DNA of 64,000 nucleotides from Escherichia coli (GTDB lineage Bacteria; Pseudomonadota; Gammaproteobacteria; Enterobacterales; Enterobacteriaceae): NCBI RefSeq assembly GCF_044324875.1, contig NZ_CP172185.1; one strand, 5' to 3'. Shown piece by piece: positions 23,201 to 32,761 of this stretch (position 1 is its first letter; each line of letters starts with the position of its first letter). The notes under the pieces were generated by a model. It saw only the letters and a program-made list of their open reading frames with translations, ran no database searches and was not told where the DNA came from. The position numbers and the translations under genes were made by a program.

Positions 23201-25489
23201 ACCTTGCCAGCCTCTATGACCGGGAACTTCACGCTAAGTAGTGAAACCGCCCGCACCGATGCAAACGGCGATGCCGTGGTCACATTGCGTGGCACAAAAG
23301 CGGGTGAGTTTACAGTTACGGCGACGCTGACCAGAAATAATACCGTTGCTCATCAGCAAGTCACTTTTATTGGGGATACAAACAGCGCGCAGCTCCAGCC
23401 GCTGACTGCCTCATTAAATACCATTGTTGCGGGTAACAGTACGGGGAGTACCCTGACTGCAACGATCCTGGACGCTTACCAAAATCCGCTTAAAGACCAG
23501 CAGGTCACTTTCCAGAGTAACGATGTCACTCTAAGCGGAACAGAAGTCACCACCAATACGCTAGGTCAGGCGACGGTAACAATGACCAGCAATATTGCCG
23601 GACAACATAACGTCGTGGTGAGCCGGAAAGCGCAACCCTCCGATAATAAAACGTTTAGTTTATCAGTGCTGCCGGATGAAAGTTCGGCGAAGGTAATAAG
23701 TATAACCGGAGCCGAAAAAACGATAACGGTTGGCGAAAACATCACGCTACGGATACTCGTCCAGGACGCGTTTAACAATGTAATAGCGGGTCAACGCGTC
23801 AGATTAAGTGCGCAGCCAACAGCTCACATTACGATAGGCGATACGGCTTACACCGATAATAACGGTTATGCGTACGTTAACCTTATTAGCACCCAGCCTG
23901 GGGTTTATCAGGTGACGGCAACGCTGGACAATAACAGTAGTAGTAAGGTTGACGTGAATGTGGCAAATGGCAAACTCGAGTTAACATCATCGAAGCCAGA
24001 AACCACGGTCCATAACAGTGAAGGTATTACGCTGACCGCAACGGCGAGAAATGCTCGGGATGAATTGATGCCTGGGCAAATTATCACCTTTAGCGTAACG
24101 CCTGAAGGTGCAACGCTAAGCAATACAGGGGAAGTCCTTACTGACCAGTATGGTCAGGCCAAAGTGACGCTGACCAGTGACAAAGTGAATGTCTATACCG
24201 TTACGGCCACAATGGGCAAAGATGTTCCCGTTCAGAGCCAGTTAACGGTTGCGGTTAAGGCAGATGCTAAAACGGCACATGTTGTGAGCGTCGTGGCCTC
24301 CCCTGACACCATAACCGCCGACGGCGTTGATAGCAGCACCATCACTTCACGAGTAGAAGATGATTACGGATTCCCGGTTGAAGGTGTCGATGTTAGTTAT
24401 ACCTTAGACACCAAAGGTCGCCCGGTAGTTAATATTCCAACTACGCGTACCGATCAGTCCGGGCAAGTCACGGCGACAATAACCAGTACATTGGCAGAAA
24501 CTTTAACAGTCAATGTGCAAGTTCCTGGTACAGCCAACCAATCCGCAGCTATTACCTTGATTGCCGGCACGGCGGATGAAAGTAAGTCATTATTGAAATC
24601 CGACGTTGGCACTCTGATGGCTGACTACCAGCATAGCGCGAAACTTACGCTAACATTGCAAGACAAGTACGGTAACCCGATAGTGACGTCTGATCATCTG
24701 GAATTTGTCCAGTCAGGTCCCTTCGTGAACTTTCTCAAGTTGAGCGATATTGATTACAGCCAAAGAAATTATGGCGAGTACACCGTGACTGTCACTGGCG
24801 GAAAAGAGGGAACAGCGACTCTCATTCCCATGCTGAACGGGGTTCATCAGGCAAACTTAAGCGTATCGCTGAATCTCATCCGCTCGATAAAAGAAATGTC
24901 CGGTCATGTCACTGCAAACAACCATACCTTCTCCACGGCTCAATTCCCGAGCGAAGGTTTTGCAGGAGCGTATTACACACTCAACAATGATAACTTTGAA
25001 GCGGGTAAAACCGTTGATGATTATATGTTTTCAAGTTCACAGAGTTGGGTGTCTGTCGATGCTTCAGGTAAGGTTTCTTTCGCAAATATCGGCGATCAAA
25101 CGTCAGTCACAATAAGCGCTGTTCCCCGACAAGGAGGTACAACCTACCAGACCTTAATTAAGCTGAAAGGCTGGTGGGTGAATAATGGAAATCATACCAA
25201 TATCTGGCTAGCTGCCAATGCGCTCTGTCATGCGAAAAATGATGGATATAATCTTCCTGGCATCACACATTTGACGTCTGGCGAAAACAAACGCACGCAG
25301 GGATCACTGTATGGTGAATGGGGGAACGTTGGAGCGTTTTCCAGTAATTCGCAATTTACACAAGGAGCTTACTGGACAAGTGAATCTGATGATTACAATC
25401 GGCACTACTATGTGCAGATGCTAACGGGTATGACCGGAAGCGACGCTGATTCCAGCCCCCAACTGACCGCCTGCCGTAAATCACTTTAA
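20249..25489 (+). CDS. Inverse autotransporter adhesin (intimin/invasin family): LysM, beta-barrel, multiple Big domains, C-type-lectin-like tip
   Basis: 1746 aa; N-terminal LysM (YTLGALESAQSVADRFGISLEELRRLNQF); intimin-type beta-domain (LGWRHF...GLNYTPFPLLTLSAEQRQ); >10 Ig-like repeats (TLTAT/VTATL pattern); C-terminal Cys-containing lectin-like segment. Confidence 0.85.
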   Translation: MASTNAHQIKNNDQNSLCGLGDKIRRLTAGVCLFTQIFFPVMATAQNVVHAKPQTTVSSPSPLIENNTVPYTLGALESAQSVADRFGISLEELRRLNQFRTFARGFDNVRQGKELDVPATTLQKSHEQQNAVPPANGENTLENQIASTSQRVGTLLSQDMNSEQASGMARGWASSEASGAMTDWLNNFGTAKISLGVDEDFSLKNSQFDFLHPWYDKPDYLLFSQHTLHRTDDRTQINTGLGWRHFTPSWMSGINLFFDHDLSRYHSRAGLGAEYWRDYLKLSSNAYIGLTGWRSAPELDNDYEARPANGWDLRAEGWLPAWPQLGGKLVYEQYYGDEVALFDKNDRQSNPHAITAGLNYTPFPLLTLSAEQRQGKQGENDTRFAVDLTWQPSSSMQKQLNPDEVAGRRSLAGSRYDLIDRNNNIVLEYRKKELIRLSLLDPVKGKSGEIKPLVSSIQTKYALKGYNIEAAALEAAGGKVSTSGKDITVTLPGYHFTNTPETDNTWSIDVTAEDVKGNLSRHEQSMVVIQAPTLSQKDSLLSVNPLTVAADKKSTTTLTVTAHDSDGTPVPGLALQTRSEGVQDITLSDWTDNGDGSYTQILTAGTTSGSVTLTPQINGESAVKESIVVNIVPVVSSRDHSSITIDNVSYYAGDDIKVRVELKDDSNQPVAYQKEELVKAVTVENSKPGATIVWHEEQPGVYAANYPAHKQGTALRAQLSLHNWNAPLQSHIYNIEANQNKARVATLSATNNDVYADKKTFNTLTINVTDESDNPLTNHQVTFKNENGSAEFVEPPQQNTDAYGVATINMVSQVAEENSISATLPNGFSQRIIAKFVSDSSTPKFKQLVADPDTIIAGNSQGSTLTATVTDFHNNPLKDMKVNFVAPGGSQLDNTTATTDQSGIVRVHLTSSKAGSYSVDASLEADKNIHQSVTITVVPNREQSVMTLNAGSGSAIANNTNTVILTASVKDVYGHPLPDEDVKFTLPASMTGNFTLSSETARTDANGDAVVTLRGTKAGEFTVTATLTRNNTVAHQQVTFIGDTNSAQLQPLTASLNTIVAGNSTGSTLTATILDAYQNPLKDQQVTFQSNDVTLSGTEVTTNTLGQATVTMTSNIAGQHNVVVSRKAQPSDNKTFSLSVLPDESSAKVISITGAEKTITVGENITLRILVQDAFNNVIAGQRVRLSAQPTAHITIGDTAYTDNNGYAYVNLISTQPGVYQVTATLDNNSSSKVDVNVANGKLELTSSKPETTVHNSEGITLTATARNARDELMPGQIITFSVTPEGATLSNTGEVLTDQYGQAKVTLTSDKVNVYTVTATMGKDVPVQSQLTVAVKADAKTAHVVSVVASPDTITADGVDSSTITSRVEDDYGFPVEGVDVSYTLDTKGRPVVNIPTTRTDQSGQVTATITSTLAETLTVNVQVPGTANQSAAITLIAGTADESKSLLKSDVGTLMADYQHSAKLTLTLQDKYGNPIVTSDHLEFVQSGPFVNFLKLSDIDYSQRNYGEYTVTVTGGKEGTATLIPMLNGVHQANLSVSLNLIRSIKEMSGHVTANNHTFSTAQFPSEGFAGAYYTLNNDNFEAGKTVDDYMFSSSQSWVSVDASGKVSFANIGDQTSVTISAVPRQGGTTYQTLIKLKGWWVNNGNHTNIWLAANALCHAKNDGYNLPGITHLTSGENKRTQGSLYGEWGNVGAFSSNSQFTQGAYWTSESDDYNRHYYVQMLTGMTGSDADSSPQLTACRKSL

Positions 25490-25505
25490 TTTCAGCAGGT
25501 AATTA

Positions 25506-25531
25506 AGGATACCCTTTTGCGAGGGTATCCT
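25506..25531 (+). terminator. Hairpin after adhesin gene (aggataccct-N6-agggtatcct)
   Basis: 10-bp perfect inverted repeat 17 nt after the stop, followed by ttcc. Confidence 0.45.
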
Positions 25532-25557
25532 TTCCGACTGATAACAAACGCTACATT

Positions 25558-25592
25558 GCCTGATCCGCTGCGCTTATCAGGCCTATATAACC
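25558..25592. repeat. REP-like palindromic unit
   Basis: cctgatccgctgcgcttatcaggcctat matches the REP consensus pattern. Confidence 0.45.
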
Positions 25593-25609
25593 CCTGCAAT
25601 ATATTGAAT

Positions 25610-26194
25610 TTATTGTTTTTGTCGCCCAGCCGGCATGAACGACCACTCAAGAAACTCAACAGCAACCGTTGATGTCAGCCAGACTCCGTTTTCCGCTTGC
25701 CAGAAAGGGAGGCCTCGTTTCGCCATTTCCTGTGCTTTGACGGTTAAAATAACCGGCGATCCGTGTCTTGCTCCCACTTTGCGTGCCGTTGCTTCATCAG
25801 CAGAGAGATGTACGTAGTGACGCTCACCTGCAATCAGCCCCTGTTTTTTTATCTCGTCAAGGAAACGGCTTGCCGTACCGTGGTAGAGAAACTGTGGCGG
25901 TTTTTTTTCGGCAAAGGAAATAGCGACCTGCGAAGTCGAATGCCCCTGAACCGCGCGGATGCACCTACCATCACTGGAATAACTAAAACGCTTTTTATCG
26001 CTGGTGGCAACCACAGTATCCAGCAATGCACGGGTTAACCGCTTGCCCGCTTTTTGGGCACAAAGTATGAGCTTATCGATATCCGCCCATCCTTCACGGT
26101 CCAGTACGATACCAATCGCCTCCGGTTTGTGTCGGAGGACAAAACTTAAAAACTTGCTCGTATCCGCCAGCTCTTTTTCGTTGTACTTTGCCAT
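25610..26194 (-). CDS. kptA: RNA 2'-phosphotransferase (Tpt1/KptA)
   Basis: 194-aa [28 protein letters not shown]... with the conserved HGT...R and VHLS motifs of Tpt1. Confidence 0.9.
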   Translation of the reverse strand: MAKYNEKELADTSKFLSFVLRHKPEAIGIVLDREGWADIDKLILCAQKAGKRLTRALLDTVVATSDKKRFSYSSDGRCIRAVQGHSTSQVAISFAEKKPPQFLYHGTASRFLDEIKKQGLIAGERHYVHLSADEATARKVGARHGSPVILTVKAQEMAKRGLPFWQAENGVWLTSTVAVEFLEWSFMPAGRQKQ

Positions 26195-26443
26195 CTCGTT
26201 TTCGTCCCTGGATTTTCTGTTTTTATTTACTTATGTCATTGTCACTGGGTTTATGAATTTACTGCAACTCAATCCAGCGCAGAACCTTTTCCCTATAGCG
26301 TAATTTTTCCGCTATGCAAAAAACGCATAGCCAGAAACATACTTGCATTTTCCCCATACCCACATGGCTGATAAGGTTTTTCAGCTCCAGGAATTTTCCT
26401 GGCTCAAGCAACACACAAACACAAAAAAACAATGGGGATTGTT

Positions 26444-27127
26444 ATGACACAACAAGGGGATGCTGTAGCCGGGGAGCTGGCGACAGAAAAAGTGGGCATT
26501 AAAGGGTATCTGGCTTTTTTTCTCACCATAATCTTTTTTTCCGGTGTTTTTTCCGGGACAGACAGTTGGTGGCGCGTTTTTGATTTTTCCGTGCTGAACG
26601 GATCGTTTGGGCAACTGCCTGGTGCGAACGGAGCCACCACCTCGTTTCGCGGCGCGGGTGGCGCGGGGGCTAAAGATGGCTTTCTCTTTGCGCTGGAGCT
26701 GGCACCGTCAGTCATTCTCTCTCTGGGGATTATTTCAATTACCGATGGTCTTGGCGGATTACGCGCCGCGCAGCAGTTAATGACGCCAGTGCTAAAACCG
26801 TTGTTGGGCATTCCAGGGATCTGCTCGCTGGCGCTGATCGCTAACCTGCAAAACACCGATGCCGCCGCCGGTATGACCAAAGAGCTGGCGCAGGAAGGTG
26901 AAATTACCGAACGCGATAAAGTGATTTTCGCCGCATATCAAACCAGCGGTAGCGCCATTATCACCAACTACTTCTCTTCCGGCGTCGCGGTGTTTGCCTT
27001 TCTGGGCACGTCCGTAATCGTACCTTTAGCCGTCATCCTGGTGTTTAAATTTGTCGGAGCCAACATTTTGCGCGTCTGGCTTAACTTCGAAGAACGTCGC
27101 AACCCAACGCAAGGAGCGCAAGCATGA
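26444..27127 (+). CDS. yjiH: Nucleoside-recognition-domain inner membrane protein
   Basis: Track ORF 26432..27127; probable start at MTQQGD (227 aa); stop overlaps yjiG start. Confidence 0.8.
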   Translation: MTQQGDAVAGELATEKVGIKGYLAFFLTIIFFSGVFSGTDSWWRVFDFSVLNGSFGQLPGANGATTSFRGAGGAGAKDGFLFALELAPSVILSLGIISITDGLGGLRAAQQLMTPVLKPLLGIPGICSLALIANLQNTDAAAGMTKELAQEGEITERDKVIFAAYQTSGSAIITNYFSSGVAVFAFLGTSVIVPLAVILVFKFVGANILRVWLNFEERRNPTQGAQA

Positions 27128-27585
27128 CAACTCAGGTCCGCAAAAATGTCATGGATATGTTTATCGATGGCGCACGCCGTGGCTTTACTATCGCCACCAC
27201 CAACCTGCTGCCGAACGTGGTGATGGCATTTGTCATCATTCAGGCGCTGAAAATTACCGGCCTGCTCGACTGGGTGGGGCATATCTGTGAACCCGTAATG
27301 GCGCTGTGGGGATTGCCCGGTGAAGCGGCAACCGTCCTTTTAGCCGCATTAATGAGTATGGGTGGCGCAGTCGGTGTTGCCGCCAGTCTGGCAACCGCTG
27401 GCGCATTAACCGGTCACGATGTCACCGTTTTACTGCCCGCGATGTATTTAATGGGCAACCCGGTGCAAAATGTCGGTCGCTGCCTGGGGACAGCCGAAGT
27501 GAATGCCAAATATTACCCGCATATCATTACGGTCTGCGTGATTAACGCATTGCTGTCGATCTGGGTTATGCAGCTTATTGTTTAA
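27124..27585 (+). CDS. yjiG: SpmB-like inner membrane protein
   Basis: 153 aa hydrophobic protein, ATGA overlap with yjiH. Confidence 0.8.
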   Translation: MTTQVRKNVMDMFIDGARRGFTIATTNLLPNVVMAFVIIQALKITGLLDWVGHICEPVMALWGLPGEAATVLLAALMSMGGAVGVAASLATAGALTGHDVTVLLPAMYLMGNPVQNVGRCLGTAEVNAKYYPHIITVCVINALLSIWVMQLIV

Positions 27586-27597
27586 CAAGGAGTTACC

Positions 27598-28770
27598 ATG
27601 ATTGATTATACCGCAGCCGGTTTTACCCTGCTGCAGGGAGCGCATTTGTATGCGCCGGAAGATCGGGGAGTTTGCGATGTCCTCGTCGCTAACGGCAAAA
27701 TTATCGCCGTTGCCAGTAATATCCCTTCTGACATTGTACCGGACTGCACGGTTGTCGATCTCAGCGGGCAGATCCTCTGCCCAGGTTTTATTGATCAACA
27801 CGTTCATTTGATTGGCGGTGGCGGTGAAGCAGGTCCCACGACGCGCACGCCGGAAGTGGCGTTAAGTCGTCTGACGGAAGCGGGCGTCACGTCAGTGGTT
27901 GGTCTGCTGGGCACCGACTCTATCTCTCGTCACCCGGAATCCCTGCTCGCCAAGACCCGTGCGCTCAATGAAGAAGGCATCAGCGCCTGGATGCTGACCG
28001 GCGCTTATCATGTCCCTTCCCGCACTATTACGGGTTCCGTGGAAAAAGACGTGGCGATTATCGATCGCGTGATTGGTGTGAAATGCGCCATCTCTGATCA
28101 CCGTTCTGCCGCACCTGACGTTTATCACCTGGCTAATATGGCGGCGGAATCCCGCGTTGGCGGTTTGCTCGGCGGCAAACCTGGCGTCACCGTGTTCCAC
28201 ATGGGCGACAGCAAAAAGGCGTTACAGCCTGTCTATGACCTGCTGGAAAACTGCGATGTGCCGATCAGCAAGCTGCTGCCGACCCACGTTAACCGCAACG
28301 TTCCGTTGTTTGAGCAGGCGCTGGAATTTGCGCACAAAGGCGGCACTATCGACATCACCAGCAGCATTGACGAACCGGTCGCCCCTGCCGAAGGTATTGC
28401 CCGCGCCGTTCAGGCCGGTATTCCGCTGGCACGCGTCACCCTCAGCTCCGACGGCAACGGTAGCCAGCCGTTCTTCGATGATGAAGGGAATTTAACCCAT
28501 ATCGGTGTTGCCGGTTTTGAAACGTTGCTGGAAACCGTACAGGTGCTGGTCAAAGACTATGATTTCAGTATCAGCGATGCCCTGCGCCCGCTCACCAGTA
28601 GCGTAGCCGGTTTCCTTAACCTGAGCGGGAAAGGCGAAATTCTGCCAGGCAATGACGCAGACTTACTGGTCATGACGCCAGAATTGCGCATTGAGCAGGT
28701 ATACGCTCGCGGCAAACTGATGGTCAAAGACGGCAAAGCCTGCGTGAAAGGAACGTTTGAAACGGCTTAA
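27598..28770 (+). CDS. iadA: Isoaspartyl dipeptidase (amidohydrolase superfamily)
   Basis: 390 aa; metal-binding FIDQHVHLIGGGGE motif. Confidence 0.9.
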   Translation: MIDYTAAGFTLLQGAHLYAPEDRGVCDVLVANGKIIAVASNIPSDIVPDCTVVDLSGQILCPGFIDQHVHLIGGGGEAGPTTRTPEVALSRLTEAGVTSVVGLLGTDSISRHPESLLAKTRALNEEGISAWMLTGAYHVPSRTITGSVEKDVAIIDRVIGVKCAISDHRSAAPDVYHLANMAAESRVGGLLGGKPGVTVFHMGDSKKALQPVYDLLENCDVPISKLLPTHVNRNVPLFEQALEFAHKGGTIDITSSIDEPVAPAEGIARAVQAGIPLARVTLSSDGNGSQPFFDDEGNLTHIGVAGFETLLETVQVLVKDYDFSISDALRPLTSSVAGFLNLSGKGEILPGNDADLLVMTPELRIEQVYARGKLMVKDGKACVKGTFETA

Positions 28771-28834
28771 ACGGTTGTCAGCCGCCCGAATGGACGTAGA
28801 ATGCCCGCAAGGGCGGCTGACAGAGTAAAACGTA

Positions 28835-29746
28835 ATGGATGACTGTGGTGCGGTTTTGCATAATATTGAAACAAAATGGCTTTATGATTTTCTGACCCTG
28901 GAAAAATGCCGCAACTTTTCCCAGGCGGCAGTCAGTCGCAACGTCTCGCAACCGGCATTCAGCCGCCGCATCCGTGCACTGGAACAGGCGATTGGCGTTG
29001 AATTGTTTAACCGCCAGGTGACGCCGCTGCAACTCTCGGAACAAGGGAAAATCTTTCATTCGCAGATCCGCCATCTGTTGCAACAGTTAGAAAGCAACCT
29101 GGCAGAGCTGCGTGGCGGCAGCGATTACGCGCAACGTAAAATCAAGATAGCCGCTGCACACTCTCTTTCCCTCGGCCTGTTACCGTCCATTATCAGCCAG
29201 ATGCCGCCGCTCTTTACCTGGGCGATTGAAGCCATTGATGTCGATGAAGCGGTCGATAAACTGCGTGAAGGGCAAAGTGACTGTATTTTTTCCTTTCACG
29301 ACGAAGATTTGCTGGAAGCACCGTTTGACCACATTCGCTTATTTGAATCTCAATTATTCCCCGTCTGCGCCAGTGACGAACACGGAGAAGCAATTTTTAA
29401 CCTCGCGCAGCCACACTTTCCGTTACTGAATTACAGCCGCAACTCCTACATGGGGCGATTGATTAATCGCACCCTGACGCGCCACAGTGAGTTGAGTTTC
29501 AGCACCTTTTTTGTCTCTTCGATGAGCGAGCTTTTAAAGCAGGTTGCCCTCGACGGCTGTGGGATTGCCTGGCTGCCGGAGTACGCCATCCAACAAGAAA
29601 TTCGCAGCGGGCAGCTCGTTGTACTGAATCGGGAAGAACTGGTGATCCCGATTCAGGCCTACGCATACCGGATGAATACCCGCATGAATCCAGTTGCCGA
29701 ACGCTTTTGGCGTGAACTGCGCGAGCTGGAGATTGTGCTTAGCTGA
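28835..29746 (+). CDS. hypT: LysR-family transcriptional regulator (hypochlorite-responsive HypT/YjiE)
   Basis: 303 aa; N-terminal LysR HTH ([32 protein letters not shown]). Confidence 0.85.
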   Translation: MDDCGAVLHNIETKWLYDFLTLEKCRNFSQAAVSRNVSQPAFSRRIRALEQAIGVELFNRQVTPLQLSEQGKIFHSQIRHLLQQLESNLAELRGGSDYAQRKIKIAAAHSLSLGLLPSIISQMPPLFTWAIEAIDVDEAVDKLREGQSDCIFSFHDEDLLEAPFDHIRLFESQLFPVCASDEHGEAIFNLAQPHFPLLNYSRNSYMGRLINRTLTRHSELSFSTFFVSSMSELLKQVALDGCGIAWLPEYAIQQEIRSGQLVVLNREELVIPIQAYAYRMNTRMNPVAERFWRELRELEIVLS

Positions 29747-30131
29747 CATTCTCCAGCGTCGCACTACGCCAACCGCCATTATCCCAGACCAGATCAAACG
29801 TTAGCGGTTCATCGTCGTGGTACAGCATTATCTCAAGGCTGATCGCCAGCGTGTGGCTGTACGCTTCTTTCAAATTGACCTGCAACGCCGCAATCCGTGG
29901 CTCATGAAATAACAGTGCAGAACGCAGCTGACGGCAATACCAGCTCTGAAGATGTTTGTCGCTCTGGTTATGCACTTGCCACTCGGGCATGCCTGAAACA
30001 AGTAATGACGGTAATGCCGAATGAGGAGAATTAAAAAGAGTGAGGAGATCGCTGCATACCGATTTACGCAGCAATGACGTTTTATTGCCTGAAATTTCAG
30101 GTAAAACAGCCTGAAGTGATTGGCGCATCAT
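29739..30131 (-). CDS. iraD: Anti-adaptor protein IraD (RpoS stabiliser)
   Basis: Track ORF 29739..30140; K-12-length product (130 aa) if started at the MMRQSLQAV methionine; 3' end overlaps hypT 3' end by 8 bp (convergent). Confidence 0.75.
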   Translation of the reverse strand: MMRQSLQAVLPEISGNKTSLLRKSVCSDLLTLFNSPHSALPSLLVSGMPEWQVHNQSDKHLQSWYCRQLRSALLFHEPRIAALQVNLKEAYSHTLAISLEIMLYHDDEPLTFDLVWDNGGWRSATLENVS

Positions 30132-30802
30132 TTTGCGCACTCCTGACGTTTAGCAACATATGCGGCTTGCCCTGAACACCGGGCACCACTGTATTGATGC
30201 TCATTTTCCATAGCCATTCCCTTTTGTTCATTACATCCATGTCAGTCTGAGACAGGCCTGAATCCTGTCAGCAAAGTATAAAACCTTACTTGCCTATGAA
30301 TATCTACTGACTTTTCAGGAAAAAAGTCATGATTTGATAAAAATCATCAAACTCAAAAAAAAACCGCTACTATATTCTGAATATTCCGAATAGTTACGTA
30401 GATGAAAATACTTGTCACCGCCGCTACTTAATTTCGGTGGGAAATTATTTATTTCCGCATAATCAGCCATGTATTATTTGAAACAATTAGTTTGCAAATA
30501 ATATAAATTGATAACATATCAAATACATCAAAAATACCATTCACAGGCATTATTAATATAGACCTCAATATAGCAACATCAAATTCCAATTAGTAATAAG
30601 ATATGCTTTTAAATTGCATGCAAATAATTTTAAATGAGCGTTTTTTGATACTTTAGAGTGTTTCCTACCCTTTAATATCACTGTGTAGAGTTGATATCAC
30701 TACAACAGAAACATGCATGTCATTTTTTTACTTCTCTTTTACTACAGAAAAATTTATCTATTTTTCTAAACATCAGTGAAATACTCATAAAAGGTAACTA
30801 TT

Positions 30803-31633
30803 ATGTCTATGCCAATAAGCAATGCCCTTCAGAGTCAAATTATTACAGATGATCATTTCCTTCATCACCCAAAAGTCGACAATGAGTTAACACGTCGATA
30901 TGAATATGCACGCATGGATACGGAAAATATCTATCTTCTGCCTCTTGCTCGTGGCAACAACCATAATTACGATGGAAAAAGCGTTGTCGAAATTAGAAAA
31001 CTTAATATTGGCAAACAGTCCTGGCCATTTAATTATGTAACAGAAACATGCAGCGAATTCAATGGCATTACAACAACAGGGCGTATGCTCTATCGAAACT
31101 TGAAAATCACCTCAGCTTTAGACGAAATATATGGTGGTATATGTAAAAAGGCGCATGCTGCCACAGAGTTAGCAGAAGGTTTACGGCTAAATTTATTTAT
31201 GAAGAGCCCTTTCGACCCTGTTGAGGACTATACAGTTCATGAAATAACATTAGGCCCTGGTTGCAATGTTCCTGGTTATGCCGGAACCACGATAGGATAT
31301 ATTTCAACCCTTCCAGCTTCTCAGGCAAAAAGATGGACCAATGAGCAGCCAAGAATTGATATCTATATTGATCAGATAATGACGGTAACCGGGGTAGCAA
31401 ATTCTTCCGGATTCGCCCTTGCCGCATTACTTAATGCTAATATTGGAATGGGAAATGACCCAATAATTGGTATAGAAGCCTATCCCGGTACCGCGGAGAT
31501 CCATGCAAAAATGGGGTATAAAGTTATCCCCGGTGATGAAAATGCGCCACTCAAACGAATGACTCTGCAACCGTCATCTCTTCCAGAACTGTTTGAATTA
31601 AAAAATGGTGAATGGAATTATATTGGTAAATAA
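30803..31633 (+). CDS. yjiC: Hypothetical protein YjiC
   Basis: 276 aa ORF preceded by a ~660-bp AT-rich intergenic region. Confidence 0.7.
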   Translation: MSMPISNALQSQIITDDHFLHHPKVDNELTRRYEYARMDTENIYLLPLARGNNHNYDGKSVVEIRKLNIGKQSWPFNYVTETCSEFNGITTTGRMLYRNLKITSALDEIYGGICKKAHAATELAEGLRLNLFMKSPFDPVEDYTVHEITLGPGCNVPGYAGTTIGYISTLPASQAKRWTNEQPRIDIYIDQIMTVTGVANSSGFALAALLNANIGMGNDPIIGIEAYPGTAEIHAKMGYKVIPGDENAPLKRMTLQPSSLPELFELKNGEWNYIGK

Positions 31634-31773
31634 CCACTGAGAAGAATGAGTACTAATATTCAGGTTATACAGATAGTTAAACAATACCCTGTAATTTAGA
31701 AAGTAATACTCATTGCGACTTCTTAATTTAAGAAAGCGCAAGGAACGTTTACCCTTGCGCTTATCATAATCAG

Positions 31774-32547
31774 TCAGGCGTCGACTTTATCCAGCGGCCA
31801 TGAATCAAACAGATAGCCGTCAAAATAAATATCGTCAACGTTCGAGAATTCCAGCAGACGTTGTTTAACGTTTTCCAGATGCTGCCACATTGCCAGCTTC
31901 GCCGCACGGGCATCTTTTTTGATTAACGCGGCGAGGATCTGTTTGTGATCGCCCAACCACTCTTTGCGATACAGGCTGTCATCGAGATGGCTGTGCAATT
32001 GGATCCACATTGGATTGTTTTCCCGCCACTGCCAGGACTGACGGAATAACTCCACCAGCATGCTGTTATGCGTTGCTTCGGCAATGGCGAGATGGAACTG
32101 CATATCACCGCTTTCGCTGCTACCCGGCGCGCTGGAAGCCAGTTCACGCTCTTCCAGTTGCAATGCCTGACGCATTTTGACGATATCTTCGCGGGTAGCC
32201 TGCAAAGCGGCAAATTCCGCGATGTTACTTTCCAGTAACTGACGCGCCTGTAACAGCTCAAAAGGACCGGCATCATTACAGACGTTGGCATCCGGACTGT
32301 CTGTGTTCTGGCTGTCTGAGCTATCAAGAACATAAATACCGGCACCCCGGCGCACTTCCACCAGCCCTTTGATCTCCAGCATGATCAGCGCTTCACGTAC
32401 CACCGTCCGCGTGACATCAAGCATTTCTGCAATTTCACGCTCCGGCGGCAGCCGTTCGCCAGGATTGTACGGTGTCTTTATGATCAGATCGCGGATCATC
32501 GCCCCGACTTCCTGGTAAGGTCTTTGCGCAGAGGTGGCAGATTTCAT
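31774..32547 (-). CDS. uxuR: GntR/FadR-family repressor of the hexuronate (uxu) regulon
   Basis: 257 aa; N-terminal GntR HTH (ERLPPEREIAEMLDVTRTVVREALIMLEIKGLV). Confidence 0.9.
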   Translation of the reverse strand: MKSATSAQRPYQEVGAMIRDLIIKTPYNPGERLPPEREIAEMLDVTRTVVREALIMLEIKGLVEVRRGAGIYVLDSSDSQNTDSPDANVCNDAGPFELLQARQLLESNIAEFAALQATREDIVKMRQALQLEERELASSAPGSSESGDMQFHLAIAEATHNSMLVELFRQSWQWRENNPMWIQLHSHLDDSLYRKEWLGDHKQILAALIKKDARAAKLAMWQHLENVKQRLLEFSNVDDIYFDGYLFDSWPLDKVDA

Positions 32548-32584
32548 GGTGTTGTGTCCGTTAGGTGCGGTTAATCAAATTTTT

Positions 32585-32618
32585 GCCGGATGCGGCGTGA
32601 ACGCCTTATACGGCCTAC
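32585..32618. repeat. REP element
   Basis: gccggatgcggcgtgaacgccttatacggcctac is a near-consensus REP. Confidence 0.6.
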
Positions 32619-32761
32619 AACGGGCAATTTTATGGCACCCGTTAATCTCAAACTATACCATTAGCACTGGAAGTTGGCACGTACAGGTGGGCAAAAAAAC
32701 GAAAACTGGTCAACCAAATATGCGTTTGATTGACCAGTAAGTCTGTAGGGTAATCAGTTAG

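Noticed and set aside
32534-32740. 68-aa ORF downstream of uxuR
   Set aside because: Spans a canonical REP element (32585..32618) in an intergenic region; chance ORF.
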